This document shows positions 1-9,248 of a DNA stretch of 64,000 bases, in pieces. Where the stretch lies: positions 1,167 through 65,166 of the forward strand of contig CAVCSC010000008.1 in assembly GCA_963604975.1 (NCBI GenBank), read 5' to 3'. The position numbers were made by a program, and so were the translations under genes. Under the pieces are notes generated by a model. It saw only the letters and a program-made list of their open reading frames with translations. It did no database searches and had not been told where the DNA came from. This stretch comes from Lachnospiraceae bacterium. GTDB taxonomy: Bacteria; Bacteroidota; Bacteroidia; Bacteroidales; Bacteroidaceae. Position 1 is the stretch's first letter; each line of letters starts with the position of its first letter.

Positions 1-2
1 CG

Positions 3-1151
3 TTCTACTCCACCTTCTCACTGTGGGACACCTACCGGGCCGCCCACCCGCTGTACCAACTGTTATGGCCGGAATACAACAAACGCTTCGTGGAGAGCAT
101 GCTCCTGCAGTACGATGTATACGGTTACTTGCCGATATGGCAACTGTGGGGACAGGAAAACTACTGCATGATCGGCAACCACGCCATACCGGTAGTGGTC
201 GATGCCGCTCTTCGCGGTGACGTAGACAAGCAACGTGCCTATGAAGCCGTGAAACAATCGTCGATGAGAAGCCACAAGAATTCTCCTTTCGACATCTGGG
301 ACAAGTATGGCTATATGCCCGAGGATCTGCAGACACAGTCGGTCTCCATCACCCTTGAGATAGCATACGACGACTGGTGCGTCAGCCAGTTGGCCAACAG
401 TCTTGGCTACAAGGAAGATGCCGAATATTTTGCCAAGCGCAGCCAATACTACCGTGCCCTCTACAATCCTGCCAACGGATTTTTCCAGGCCCGCAAGTCA
501 GACGGCACTTGGCTTGAACCCTTCAACCCGCTGCAGTACGGTGCCAACGGCGGCAATCCCTACACCGAGGGCAACGGCTGGCAATGGAAATGGTATGTAC
601 CGCAAGACATCGACGACATGATCGGTCTTTTCGGCGGAGCTAAGGCTACAGAACGCCAACTCGACACCTTCTTCTCGCTGACCGACAATAGCAATGAAAA
701 GAACTGCAATGCCAGCGGATTTGTCGGACAGTACATCCACGGCAACGAGCCCGACCACCATGTACCCTATCTGTACAACTTTGCAGGAAAGCCCCGCAAG
801 ACCCAACAGATGGTCAACCACATCATCGAGACCTTCTATAGCGACCAGCCCACGGGCATTGCCGGAAACGACGACTGCGGCGAGTTGTCCTCATGGTATA
901 TCTTCTCGGCCTTGGGCTTCTATCCGGTCAATCCGGCTTCGGGCGAATATGAGGTGACCACACCGCTCTTCCGCAAGGCCACCCTTCACCTGCCCGGCGG
1001 CAAGACCTTCACCGTCACCACCGACCGCAAAGACCCGTCGCAATGCTACATCAAGTCGATGCGGTGGAACGGCAAACCAATGAAAGGCCACACCCTCCGC
1101 TACGACGACATCGTCAAGGGCGGAGAGTGGAGCGTGACGTGTGTAAAATAA
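3..1151 (+). CDS. GH92 family alpha-1,2-mannosidase (5'-truncated by window edge)
   Basis: Frame is open from base 3 (FYSTFSLWDTYRAAHPLY). Motifs MIGNH, TLEIAYDDW, YTEGN, GQYIHGNEP, GNDDCGELSSWY are typical of GH92. Confidence 0.92.
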   Translation, partial: FYSTFSLWDTYRAAHPLYQLLWPEYNKRFVESMLLQYDVYGYLPIWQLWGQENYCMIGNHAIPVVVDAALRGDVDKQRAYEAVKQSSMRSHKNSPFDIWDKYGYMPEDLQTQSVSITLEIAYDDWCVSQLANSLGYKEDAEYFAKRSQYYRALYNPANGFFQARKSDGTWLEPFNPLQYGANGGNPYTEGNGWQWKWYVPQDIDDMIGLFGGAKATERQLDTFFSLTDNSNEKNCNASGFVGQYIHGNEPDHHVPYLYNFAGKPRKTQQMVNHIIETFYSDQPTGIAGNDDCGELSSWYIFSALGFYPVNPASGEYEVTTPLFRKATLHLPGGKTFTVTTDRKDPSQCYIKSMRWNGKPMKGHTLRYDDIVKGGEWSVTCVK

Positions 1152-1152
1152 A

Positions 1153-1193
1153 GTCTTCAGGTGGGTTCTGACATTTAGAACCCACCTGAAGAC
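1153..1193. terminator. 17-bp perfect inverted repeat between convergent genes (likely bidirectional terminator; member of dispersed motif family)
   Basis: GTCTTCAGGTGGGTTCT-7nt-AGAACCCACCTGAAGAC. Confidence 0.75.
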
Positions 1194-1215
1194 AAACAAC
1201 AGGCACTGACCCGCT

Positions 1216-2085
1216 CTATCCGAAAATGATGAGCACCGAACCGGCCACCATGATGGCCGAGCCGACCAGTTTGCGGGCAATGTCCTTTTCATGAAATATC
1301 CTGTACCCAAGGGCAATACTCACAAGGGTGGAGAGTTGGAAAAGGGCGAGTCCGTAGCCTACATTGATATGCTTGAACGTATAGTTGGTGGTGTACTGCA
1401 TCGTGCCGATACAGGCAATGAGCGCAAGATAGGTACCCCAATCCCGCACACCGGTCTTGCGAAGCGACTGCACCAGCGGCACCCGCATCACCGCCAACTG
1501 TACCAACGAGAAGAGTGCGCCGGCCCAACACCAGGCGACAAACGATATGGTCGTGTCGGAATAGAGTATCACCTTCTTGATGATGACGGCCTCGATTGCG
1601 GTCAGCACCATCGCCCATAAACGATATTGTATCTCACGGTTTTTCAGTAGTGCCCAGGAAAAACCTTCATCAGTGGTATCAAACACAAAATAACTGCCCC
1701 AGATGATAACACCCACACCTGCCACGCCCATGAGCGACGGCAGTTCACCAAGCAGCACTATACCGACGATAATGCCAACAACAGACTTGTAGGAGTTGAC
1801 CGGACCAAGCACCGACAGGTCGCCCTTGCGCAGAGCCATCACCAAGAAACCGTTGCCCACAGCCCCAAACACACCGCCCAACGCAGCATACGCCCAAAAC
1901 TGCCAGGCAAGCGCACTCCAGTCTATTTGCCAGGCAAAAGCGAAACAGGCTACACTCAGAAGCACATACGACAAGGCATTGACGGCCAACGGGTCTTGCC
2001 CACGTCCAGTAAGACTCTTCTGAAATACATTGGAAAACGGATTGGAAAGTATGCGAAGCAATATCGCAATGTAGGTAAGAAACAT
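1216..2085 (-). CDS. EamA/DMT family transporter
   Basis: About 10 hydrophobic segments in two repeats (..KGDLSVLGP..; ..GYRIFHEK..). Start moved to ATG 2085 (MFLTYIAILL). Confidence 0.85.
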   Translation of the reverse strand: MFLTYIAILLRILSNPFSNVFQKSLTGRGQDPLAVNALSYVLLSVACFAFAWQIDWSALAWQFWAYAALGGVFGAVGNGFLVMALRKGDLSVLGPVNSYKSVVGIIVGIVLLGELPSLMGVAGVGVIIWGSYFVFDTTDEGFSWALLKNREIQYRLWAMVLTAIEAVIIKKVILYSDTTISFVAWCWAGALFSLVQLAVMRVPLVQSLRKTGVRDWGTYLALIACIGTMQYTTNYTFKHINVGYGLALFQLSTLVSIALGYRIFHEKDIARKLVGSAIMVAGSVLIIFG

Positions 2086-2158
2086 ATTGCAGACAATTTC
2101 TAAGTGACAGTAAAATGCACTGCAAATGTAATAAAAAACGCGCAACGCGGGGACACGG

Positions 2159-2833
2159 TCAATCCATTTTGTCCGACACAGGAGTCAAAATTCCCGCCAG
2201 CCCCTCAAAATCGGAACGGGAGATGCGACGGCCACGCAGACTCCGCACTTCGGGATAACTGTCAAAATAAGTATCTTCGGTGGTATACCAGTGATAGGAA
2301 GACACCTCGGCGGAAGCCCTCAGTCGCGACGTTAAACTGCGGGCATAGCGCGGATTGACCCGAGACAGAAAATACTTGCCGTCTGTCATGCACACGGCAA
2401 GCACAAGTACGGGACGACTGACGGCCGCCTGTCGCTTTTCGCATTCAGCGTCACTGACCTTCCAGCCGCGAGTAGTAGTCGTTGCCTGGATGTTCCATCC
2501 GTACTTGCGGTTGAGATTGGCGGCCATACCCCGAAACACGACACCATGAGCCGATGTGTCTTTCAAGCCTGTATAGGTGATGACATAGTGTATCATCTCG
2601 TGCAACAGGACATTCTGCGCCTGTCGTTCAGTCATGTCATAATAAGTGGTCATGGCTATACGAAAATCGTAGAGATGCGCACGACCCCACCGCACGGCTC
2701 GCTTGCACGACATCTGCCCAAGACGAGTACGGGCACGCGAAAGCGCAAACTCCGGACGCGGGAGACGGGCATCAAAGTACTCGGCATTGTACCGGTCGAA
2801 ATGCGATGCCATCCATGCTATGGTCACTATCAT
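2159..2833 (-). CDS. SprT-like zinc metalloprotease domain protein
   Basis: LLHEMIH zincin motif followed by HG..F; N-terminal F..YN..YF...LP typical of SprT. Confidence 0.85.
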   Translation of the reverse strand: MIVTIAWMASHFDRYNAEYFDARLPRPEFALSRARTRLGQMSCKRAVRWGRAHLYDFRIAMTTYYDMTERQAQNVLLHEMIHYVITYTGLKDTSAHGVVFRGMAANLNRKYGWNIQATTTTRGWKVSDAECEKRQAAVSRPVLVLAVCMTDGKYFLSRVNPRYARSLTSRLRASAEVSSYHWYTTEDTYFDSYPEVRSLRGRRISRSDFEGLAGILTPVSDKMD

Positions 2834-2880
2834 ACAGGCGTACGGTCTTTCGTAATGAGAATATGAGAGAACGACAGTGA

Positions 2881-3303
2881 CTACTCGTCATCAAAATCAC
2901 CGTCCTCGTCGAAACCGAACATGGCCGGGTCAACAAAAGCGTCGAGAGCACGACGGTCTTTCTTCGTAGGACGGCCCGTACCGCGGGCACGGTCTACAAA
3001 ACCGCTGATACGGCTCATCTCAAGCAGTTCGTACTGCTTGGCATCGGTGACATTCTCGTAGATCTCGGGAATCAACTTGGCGCCCACTCGCTGCTCGATG
3101 GTCTTGAGCACCTTGAAGGAATACGTGATGGGAGACTTCTTGACGCTGACCACCTCGCCGACCTTAACGACACGGCTCGGCTTCACCGACACTCCACCGA
3201 CACTCACCCGATTGTTCTTGCACGCATCGGCAGCCAATGAGCGCGTCTTGAAGATACGTGCTGCCCAAAGCCACTTGTCTATTCTTGCTACATCTGTTGC
3301 CAT
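2881..3303 (-). CDS. hslR: S4-domain RNA-binding protein (Hsp15/HslR family)
   Basis: RIDKWLWAARIFKTRSLA and GRPTKKDRR motifs. Confidence 0.9.
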   Translation of the reverse strand: MATDVARIDKWLWAARIFKTRSLAADACKNNRVSVGGVSVKPSRVVKVGEVVSVKKSPITYSFKVLKTIEQRVGAKLIPEIYENVTDAKQYELLEMSRISGFVDRARGTGRPTKKDRRALDAFVDPAMFGFDEDGDFDDE

Positions 3304-3321
3304 GACGGAATACGGTTTTTC

Positions 3322-3894
3322 TTATTTCTTGCCTTTCTTGTTATAGGCATTCATGGTGATATCAAGTCCTGCGAGGACGAAACTCTTGACAACATCGACG
3401 GCCGTGTCAATGGCAGGTTGCAGCACCGTCTTGTCCTCGGCACTGTACGCCCCAAGTACCCAATCGATCTGTCCGCCGCGCGGAAAATCGTTGCCGATAC
3501 CCATACGGAGACGCGCATACTGCTGACCGATGAGTTGCTGGATATGCCCGAGTCCATTGTGACCTCCATTGCTGCCGTTGCCTTTCAGACGGAACGCGCC
3601 GAGCGGCAAAGACAGGTCGTCGACGACAACGAGCAGACGGCTCTGGTCGATATGCTCCTTCTCCAGCCAATAGCGTACGGCATTGCCACTAAGATTCATA
3701 AACGTGGTAGGCTTGAGCAGAAACACCTTGCGCCCCTTGATGGAAATCTCGGCCACAAACCCATAGCGTTTGTCGGCAAACATGACACCACAAGACGCCG
3801 CAATAGCGTCAAGTACCATAAAACCGGTGTTGTGACGCGTTCCGGCATACTCGTCGCCGGGATTTCCAAGTCCTACTATCAGATATTTGTCCAT
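3322..3894 (-). CDS. pth: Peptidyl-tRNA hydrolase
   Basis: [39 protein letters not shown]. Confidence 0.97.
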   Translation of the reverse strand: MDKYLIVGLGNPGDEYAGTRHNTGFMVLDAIAASCGVMFADKRYGFVAEISIKGRKVFLLKPTTFMNLSGNAVRYWLEKEHIDQSRLLVVVDDLSLPLGAFRLKGNGSNGGHNGLGHIQQLIGQQYARLRMGIGNDFPRGGQIDWVLGAYSAEDKTVLQPAIDTAVDVVKSFVLAGLDITMNAYNKKGKK

Positions 3895-3946
3895 TGCGTA
3901 TATGGTGGGTTCTAAAAAAAATGACTTTGTGTCAGATAGAATCTAT

Positions 3947-3986
3947 AAAAAAGGCTTGCCGATTGACAGTAAGACAATGGCAAGCC
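3947..3986 (-). terminator. Probable intrinsic terminator after rplY
   Basis: GGCTTGCC..GGCAAGCC stem with an A-run on the left (U-tail on minus strand). Confidence 0.55.
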
Positions 3987-4083
3987 GTAATATTTTTGGA
4001 TAGAAGTGACTTATGCGCATCTTGCACGGGCAAGACCTACGCACAATGTCCTATCCCTTGTGTCTGCATGGCCGTGGCCGGCA

Positions 4084-4677
4084 TTATTCTGCAGAAGCAG
4101 CCATGGCTGACTTGGCAGAACGTGTCATCTTGATGGTGCAGACGATAACTTCCTTGCTGGTAGCAATCTCGAGGCCGTCGAAGCTCAGTTCGCCCACCTT
4201 TATGCTCTTGCCGATGTGGAGGTTGGTCACGTCTACATCGAGATGCTCGGGAATCTGCTGATAGGGAGCGGTAACGGCAATCTTGCGGATGGAAAGGTTC
4301 ATACGTCCACCGTCCTTGACACCCTGAGCCAGACCGACAAGTTTCACGGGGATACCGATGGTGATAGGCTTCTGGTCGTTCACCTCAAGGAAGTCGATGT
4401 GAAGCACGGCGTCTGTCACGGGATGGAACTGCAGTTCCTTCAGGATGGCAGTGTGGCTCTCACCGTCGATGATGAGGTTGATGACATAGATGTGGGGAGT
4501 GTAGACAATCTTGCGAACTTCCTTCTCGGAGATGGCAAATGCCAATGCTTCGGGCTTGCCGTCCTTTTCTGCCAAACCATAGAGGTTGCAGGGTACAAGA
4601 CCTTCTTTTCTCAATGCTTTAGTAGCCTTCTTTCCAAGTTCTACTCGCTTCTGACCTGTAACGTCGATTTCCTTCAT
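4084..4677 (-). CDS. rplY: 50S ribosomal protein L25 / general stress protein Ctc
   Basis: LRKEGLVPCNLYG, LKELQFHPV..VLHIDF, C-terminal Ctc domain. Confidence 0.96.
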   Translation of the reverse strand: MKEIDVTGQKRVELGKKATKALRKEGLVPCNLYGLAEKDGKPEALAFAISEKEVRKIVYTPHIYVINLIIDGESHTAILKELQFHPVTDAVLHIDFLEVNDQKPITIGIPVKLVGLAQGVKDGGRMNLSIRKIAVTAPYQQIPEHLDVDVTNLHIGKSIKVGELSFDGLEIATSKEVIVCTIKMTRSAKSAMAASAE

Positions 4678-4773
4678 TGTTGTGTTACTCTAAATTAAGA
4701 TTTTATAATACGTTGCCTTAATTCGCCATCACACGATATAACATTCGATACGGATGTGCTCAAAAAAGCGGTG

Positions 4774-4781
4774 CAAAGTTA
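4774..4781 (-). promoter_or_regulatory. Bacteroidota -7 promoter element for rplY
   Basis: CAAAGTTA = TAACTTTG on minus strand, matching TAnnTTTG. Confidence 0.6.
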
Positions 4782-4866
4782 CCGCTTTTATTCTGAATAC
4801 ACAAAGTTTATCCCCAAAAAACCTAAAAACATGGATACAAATCTTGGTTGGTATACGTTTTTTCTA

Positions 4867-4874
4867 TATTTTTG
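4867..4874 (+). promoter_or_regulatory. -7 promoter element for nusB operon
   Basis: TATTTTTG about 40 nt upstream of the nusB ATG. Confidence 0.6.
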
Positions 4875-4912
4875 CAAATGAAAAGAAATACACGACATTA
4901 TCTTATAAGAAA

Positions 4913-5971
4913 ATGATCAATCGCGAACTGATAAGAATCAAGATAGTCCAGTTAACCTACGCATACTATCAGAACGGAAACAAGAATATGGACAGTGCAG
5001 AGAAAGAACTTCTCTTCAGTCTGTCCAAGGCGTACGACCTCTACAACTACCTGCTCGAGTTGATCGTCGCCATCACACGCGAGGAGCGCCATCGCGTGGA
5101 AATCTATACGCAACGTGCCGAACGCGAAGGTACAGAACCACCTTCGACAAAGTTCGCCGACAACAAGTTCGCCCTACAACTTGAGGAGAACAAGATGCTC
5201 TGCAAGTTTATGGAAACACAGAAACAGTCTTGGACTGACGACATCGAGTCGGTGCGCAAATTGTGCAACGCCATCGAGCAAAGCCAAATATACCAAGACT
5301 ATATGGCCGACACCGACACCTCTTACGAGGCCGACCGCGAAGTATGGCGCAAACTCTACAAGACCTTCATACAAGACAATGCCGACCTCGACGCCCTGCT
5401 TGAGGAAAAGAGCCTGTACTGGAACGACGACAAGGAAGTCGTAGACACCTTTGTTCTGAAGACCATCAAGCGTTTCGACCCCAAAAATCAGCAGAAGCAA
5501 GACCTTCTACCCGAATACAAGGACGAGGAAGACCGTGACTTCGCCCGCAAACTGTTCCGCGCCACCATTCTCAACGCCGACCAGTACCAGCGCTACATGA
5601 GCGAAGCCTCACGCAACTGGGACTTTGCCCGCCTTGCCTATATGGACGTGGTCATCATGCAGATTGCCCTCGCCGAGATACTCACCTTCCCCAACATCCC
5701 CGTCAGCGTGAGCATCAACGAGTACGTAGAACTCGCCAAACTCTACTCTACCCCGAAGAGCGGCGGCTACATCAACGGTATGCTCGACTCCATCGCACGC
5801 CATCTCATCAAAACCGGCAAACTCTTCAAGTCGATGGAAGAACCGCGCTCGAAGAAGACCAAATTCGTACACACCGACAAAAACGCCGACACCGAGAACG
5901 CTCCCGTCGAAGAGAGCACACCGGAAGAAAATCCCACTGAAGCAGAAGATACAACAACTGCAACAGAATAG
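4913..5971 (+). CDS. nusB: Transcription antitermination factor NusB (long Bacteroidota form)
   Basis: Start MINRELIRIK; C-terminal NWDFARLA.MD..I, PVSVSINEYVELAK.YS, YINGMLD. Confidence 0.93.
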   Translation: MINRELIRIKIVQLTYAYYQNGNKNMDSAEKELLFSLSKAYDLYNYLLELIVAITREERHRVEIYTQRAEREGTEPPSTKFADNKFALQLEENKMLCKFMETQKQSWTDDIESVRKLCNAIEQSQIYQDYMADTDTSYEADREVWRKLYKTFIQDNADLDALLEEKSLYWNDDKEVVDTFVLKTIKRFDPKNQQKQDLLPEYKDEEDRDFARKLFRATILNADQYQRYMSEASRNWDFARLAYMDVVIMQIALAEILTFPNIPVSVSINEYVELAKLYSTPKSGGYINGMLDSIARHLIKTGKLFKSMEEPRSKKTKFVHTDKNADTENAPVEESTPEENPTEAEDTTTATE

Positions 5972-6000
5972 AACAACAACCATTACAGAATAAGAAACCA

Positions 6001-6321
6001 ATGAACACTACCATTTTGGCTGCACAGGCAGCAAACGGCAACGGAGGATTCTCCATGCTTTTCATGATTGTAATACTGTTCGTCATCATGTGGCTCTTCA
6101 TGATACGTCCACAACAGAAGAAGCAGAAAGAGATACGCAAATTCCAAAACGCCCTTCAGGAAGGCACAAAGGTAGTCACCGCAGGCGGACTTCACGGTAC
6201 CGTAAAGCGTGTTGACCTCACCACCAACACCGTAGAGGTAGAGGTAGGACGCGGTGTCGTTGTCACCGTAGACAAAAACTACATCTACGCCAGCGCCGAA
6301 AGCCAGATACAGAAGGCCTAA
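6001..6321 (+). CDS. yajC: Preprotein translocase subunit YajC
   Basis: TM helix then MIRPQQKKQK...L..G.KVVTAGG.HG. Confidence 0.95.
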   Translation: MNTTILAAQAANGNGGFSMLFMIVILFVIMWLFMIRPQQKKQKEIRKFQNALQEGTKVVTAGGLHGTVKRVDLTTNTVEVEVGRGVVVTVDKNYIYASAESQIQKA

Positions 6322-6369
6322 GCGAAAAAGGCATACACATCACAAGGAAAAGACACACATTATTTATAT

Positions 6370-6424
6370 TATAGGCCGGCCCTGAGAGACACGCCATATC
6401 GGCACTTTTCAGAACCGGCCTATA
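6370..6424. repeat. Inverted repeat (dispersed motif family)
   Basis: TATAGGCCGG...CCGGCCTATA; right arm reads AGGCCGGTTCTGAAAA on minus strand. Confidence 0.6.
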
Positions 6425-6454
6425 CCGAAAACGCAGGGAAGGACCACCGAGCGG

Positions 6455-7438
6455 ATGACCATTTACATCAAGCACATATACAAAATCGTCAGGAAATTCT
6501 TGTTCAGTTGGTACAACAAGGAATTTCTGATTTTTTTGTTTTTCCTTGCCTTGAGCAGCATCTTCTGGCTGATGATGTCTCTCAACGAGACCTACGAGCA
6601 GGAGATCTGCATCCCCGCCAAACTCACCGGAATACCCGAGAATGCCGTCATCACCACCACCATGGAAGACACGGTACGCGTGACCGTCAAGGACAAAGGA
6701 TTCGTCCTGGCCATGTATTTGTACGGCAACGAGGTGCGCCCCATCAAAATCAATTTCTCCACCTACGCCAACTCGCAGACCGGATACGGAGTCGTACCGC
6801 CGGCCGACCTGCAGAAGATGGCCAACCAACGTTTCGGCGGCATATCACGCATCACCGCCATCAAGCCCGACCGACTTGACTTCTACTTCAACTTCGGACA
6901 GAAGAAGGTTGTCCCCGTACGACTGAAAGGTACCATCATCCCCAGCAAGACTTACTATCTGGCGCGAACCCGCATTTGGCCCGAGACCGTCACCATATAC
7001 GCCACCAAAAAGACCCTCGACAGCGTACGCTACGTCAGCACCGAACCGCTGCACATCGAAGGGTTCACCGATACCATCGTCAGCACCGTACGTCTGGCAC
7101 AGATCAAAGGCGTGAAGATCACCCCGTCATCAGTACGCATAGGGCTATACCCGGACATTCTCACTGAAGAAAGCGTGGAAGTACCCATACAGGCCATCGG
7201 CATGCCCGAAGGCAAGACCCTCCGCACCTTTCCCTCACGCGTGAAAGTCAAGTTCAACGTAGGCGCCGCCACTTTCCGCGACATCGACCCGCAACAGTTC
7301 ACCGTTGTCGTCGACTACCGCGACATCATAGCCAACCCCTCCAGCAAATGTAGCCTCACCCTCCGCAGTGTGCCGCACGGCGTGCGCAACGCACATGTAG
7401 AAATCGGACAGGTAGACTATCTGATAGAACAGCAATGA
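6455..7438 (+). CDS. YbbR/CdaR-like domain membrane-anchored protein
   Basis: N-terminal TM (FLIFLFFLALSSIFWL), repeated beta-rich modules (K.VPV, P..V.I); usual position between yajC and coaE. Confidence 0.8.
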   Translation: MTIYIKHIYKIVRKFLFSWYNKEFLIFLFFLALSSIFWLMMSLNETYEQEICIPAKLTGIPENAVITTTMEDTVRVTVKDKGFVLAMYLYGNEVRPIKINFSTYANSQTGYGVVPPADLQKMANQRFGGISRITAIKPDRLDFYFNFGQKKVVPVRLKGTIIPSKTYYLARTRIWPETVTIYATKKTLDSVRYVSTEPLHIEGFTDTIVSTVRLAQIKGVKITPSSVRIGLYPDILTEESVEVPIQAIGMPEGKTLRTFPSRVKVKFNVGAATFRDIDPQQFTVVVDYRDIIANPSSKCSLTLRSVPHGVRNAHVEIGQVDYLIEQQ

Positions 7439-8448
7439 AAATAGCCATCACCGGCGGCATCGGAAGCGGAAAATCCTACGTGGCCGACCTACTGCGCACA
7501 AAAGGCATCGACGTGTACGACTGCGATGCAGCCGCCAAACGACTCATGCGCACCTCCGATAGCCTCAAGACCCAACTGCAGCGACTCGTCGGCGATGACG
7601 TATACAAGGACGGCCAACTGCAAAAGCGGGTGCTCGCCACATACATCCTCACCGGAGAAAAGGAGAAACAGGCCGTCAACGACATCGTACATCCCGCCGT
7701 CGCCAAAGACTTTGAAGCCTCAGGACTGTCATGGCTCGAAAGCGCCATCCTCTTTGAGAGCGGATTTGACAAGCGCGTGCAGTTCGACCACACCGTCTGC
7801 GTATCGGCACCACGCGAAGTACGCATCAGCCGCATCATGCAGCGCGACCACATCAGCCGCGAAAAGGCAGAAGCATGGATCGACGCACAGATGCCACAAG
7901 AAGAGACCGAACGCCGCTGCGACTTCGTCATACACAACGACGGACGGCACGACCTTGACCCACAAATCATAGCAATCATCAACAAAACAAATACCAATAA
8001 GCAACAAATGGAAACAATACTTTCTATCTCCGGCAAACCCGGACTCTACAAACTGGTATCCCGCGGCAAAGCCAACCTCATAGTCGAAGCACTCGACGAA
8101 ACCCATCGCCGCCAGCCCGCCTTCGCATCCGACCGCGTGACCAGTCTGGCCGACATCGCCATGTATACCGACGCAGAAGACATTCCTCTGTGGAAAGTGC
8201 TCAAGAGCCTTGGCGAGAAAGAGCAGTCCAAGGAATGCTCGCTCAACTACAAGAAATGTAGCGCCACCGAACTCCACGACTTCTTCGCCGCCATCCTGCC
8301 CGAATACGACCGCGACCGCGTACACGACAGCGACATCAAGAAACTCATCCAGTGGTACAACATCCTCGTCAAGAGCGGTATCACCGACTTTGAAGCCGCA
8401 TTGTCACCCAACGCCGGTGCTCCTGCCGACGAGCAAGAGGAAGCATAA
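7435..8448 (+). CDS. coaE: Dephospho-CoA kinase, running in frame into a DUF5606-like domain
   Basis: IAITGGIGSGKS, DCD, IVHPAV, ESAILFE, R..RIMQRD. No stop before METILSISGKPG at 8008; ATGA overlap with upstream gene. Confidence 0.9.
   Translation: MKIAITGGIGSGKSYVADLLRTKGIDVYDCDAAAKRLMRTSDSLKTQLQRLVGDDVYKDGQLQKRVLATYILTGEKEKQAVNDIVHPAVAKDFEASGLSWLESAILFESGFDKRVQFDHTVCVSAPREVRISRIMQRDHISREKAEAWIDAQMPQEETERRCDFVIHNDGRHDLDPQIIAIINKTNTNKQQMETILSISGKPGLYKLVSRGKANLIVEALDETHRRQPAFASDRVTSLADIAMYTDAEDIPLWKVLKSLGEKEQSKECSLNYKKCSATELHDFFAAILPEYDRDRVHDSDIKKLIQWYNILVKSGITDFEAALSPNAGAPADEQEEA
8008..8448 (+). CDS. DUF5606-like conserved Bacteroidota protein (probable internal start within coaE ORF)
   Basis: ILSISGKPGLYKL...YDRDRVH.SDIKKLIQWYNIL, preceded by an A-rich initiation-like region. 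Confidence 0.75.
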   Translation: METILSISGKPGLYKLVSRGKANLIVEALDETHRRQPAFASDRVTSLADIAMYTDAEDIPLWKVLKSLGEKEQSKECSLNYKKCSATELHDFFAAILPEYDRDRVHDSDIKKLIQWYNILVKSGITDFEAALSPNAGAPADEQEEA

Positions 8449-8480
8449 GACATAAGACATAAAATGTAACACGACAAACC

Positions 8481-8526
8481 AACAAGTTGGAACGGGCTCA
8501 GCCGCTGTTCCAACTTGTTTTTGTTT
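8481..8526 (+). terminator. Intrinsic terminator
   Basis: AACAAGTTGGAAC..GTTCCAACTTGTT 13-bp stem followed by T-rich tail. Confidence 0.75.
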
Positions 8527-8651
8527 GCCGACTACCTCAGAATTTTGCGGCAGGAGTTTTTCAGGACACGCCTTCCCGCATATTTAGTGACGATAAAAAT
8601 ACAAAGCGCAAATCATACCAACTTATTTTTTCACCGTCACTTATCCTTATT

Positions 8652-8683
8652 TTTGTTTATCTCACAAGAAATGACTATTTTTG
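8652..8683 (+). promoter_or_regulatory. -33/-7 promoter of DUF1599-tpiA operon
   Basis: TTTG (8652-55), 20-nt spacer, TATTTTTG (8676-83); ATG 10 nt later. Confidence 0.65.
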
Positions 8684-8693
8684 TACCCGATTT

Positions 8694-9248
8694 ATGGACA
8701 CAAAAAAGACAGAAGAACAGTTTCGCGCAGCAATGGATGAGTGTCGCACACTCTTCTCCAAGAAACTGCACGACTACGGCGCATCGTGGCGCATACTCCG
8801 CCCCACATCGCTGACCGACCAACTGTACATCAAAGCCAAACGCATACGGTCTCTTGAGACGAAAGGCGAAGCCTACGTAGACGAAGGCATCCGCCCAGAA
8901 TTCGTTGCCCTTGTCAACTACGGCATCGTCGGACTGATACAACTCAAGCACGGCTATGTCGACGAGGTAGACATGACACCCGCTGATGCGCTCACCCTCT
9001 ACGACACCCACGCCGGCGAAGCGCTGGCACTGATGCTCCGCAAAAATCATGACTACGACGAGGCATGGCGCTCCATGCGCGTCAGCAGTTACACCGACCT
9101 CATACTCACCAAACTGCAGCGCGTCAAGGAGATCGAAAATCTCAACGGTGCTACACTCGTCTCCGAAGGCATTGATGCCAACTATATGGACATCATCAAC
9201 TACGCCATGTTCGGCATCATCAAACTCACCGAAAGCGAGGAGCAATGA
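8694..9248 (+). CDS. DUF1599 (nucleotide-modification-associated domain) protein, two tandem copies
   Basis: Two repeats K.HDYG/D..WR..R..S.TD....K..R...E...NY; start MDTKKT. Confidence 0.85.
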   Translation: MDTKKTEEQFRAAMDECRTLFSKKLHDYGASWRILRPTSLTDQLYIKAKRIRSLETKGEAYVDEGIRPEFVALVNYGIVGLIQLKHGYVDEVDMTPADALTLYDTHAGEALALMLRKNHDYDEAWRSMRVSSYTDLILTKLQRVKEIENLNGATLVSEGIDANYMDIINYAMFGIIKLTESEEQ

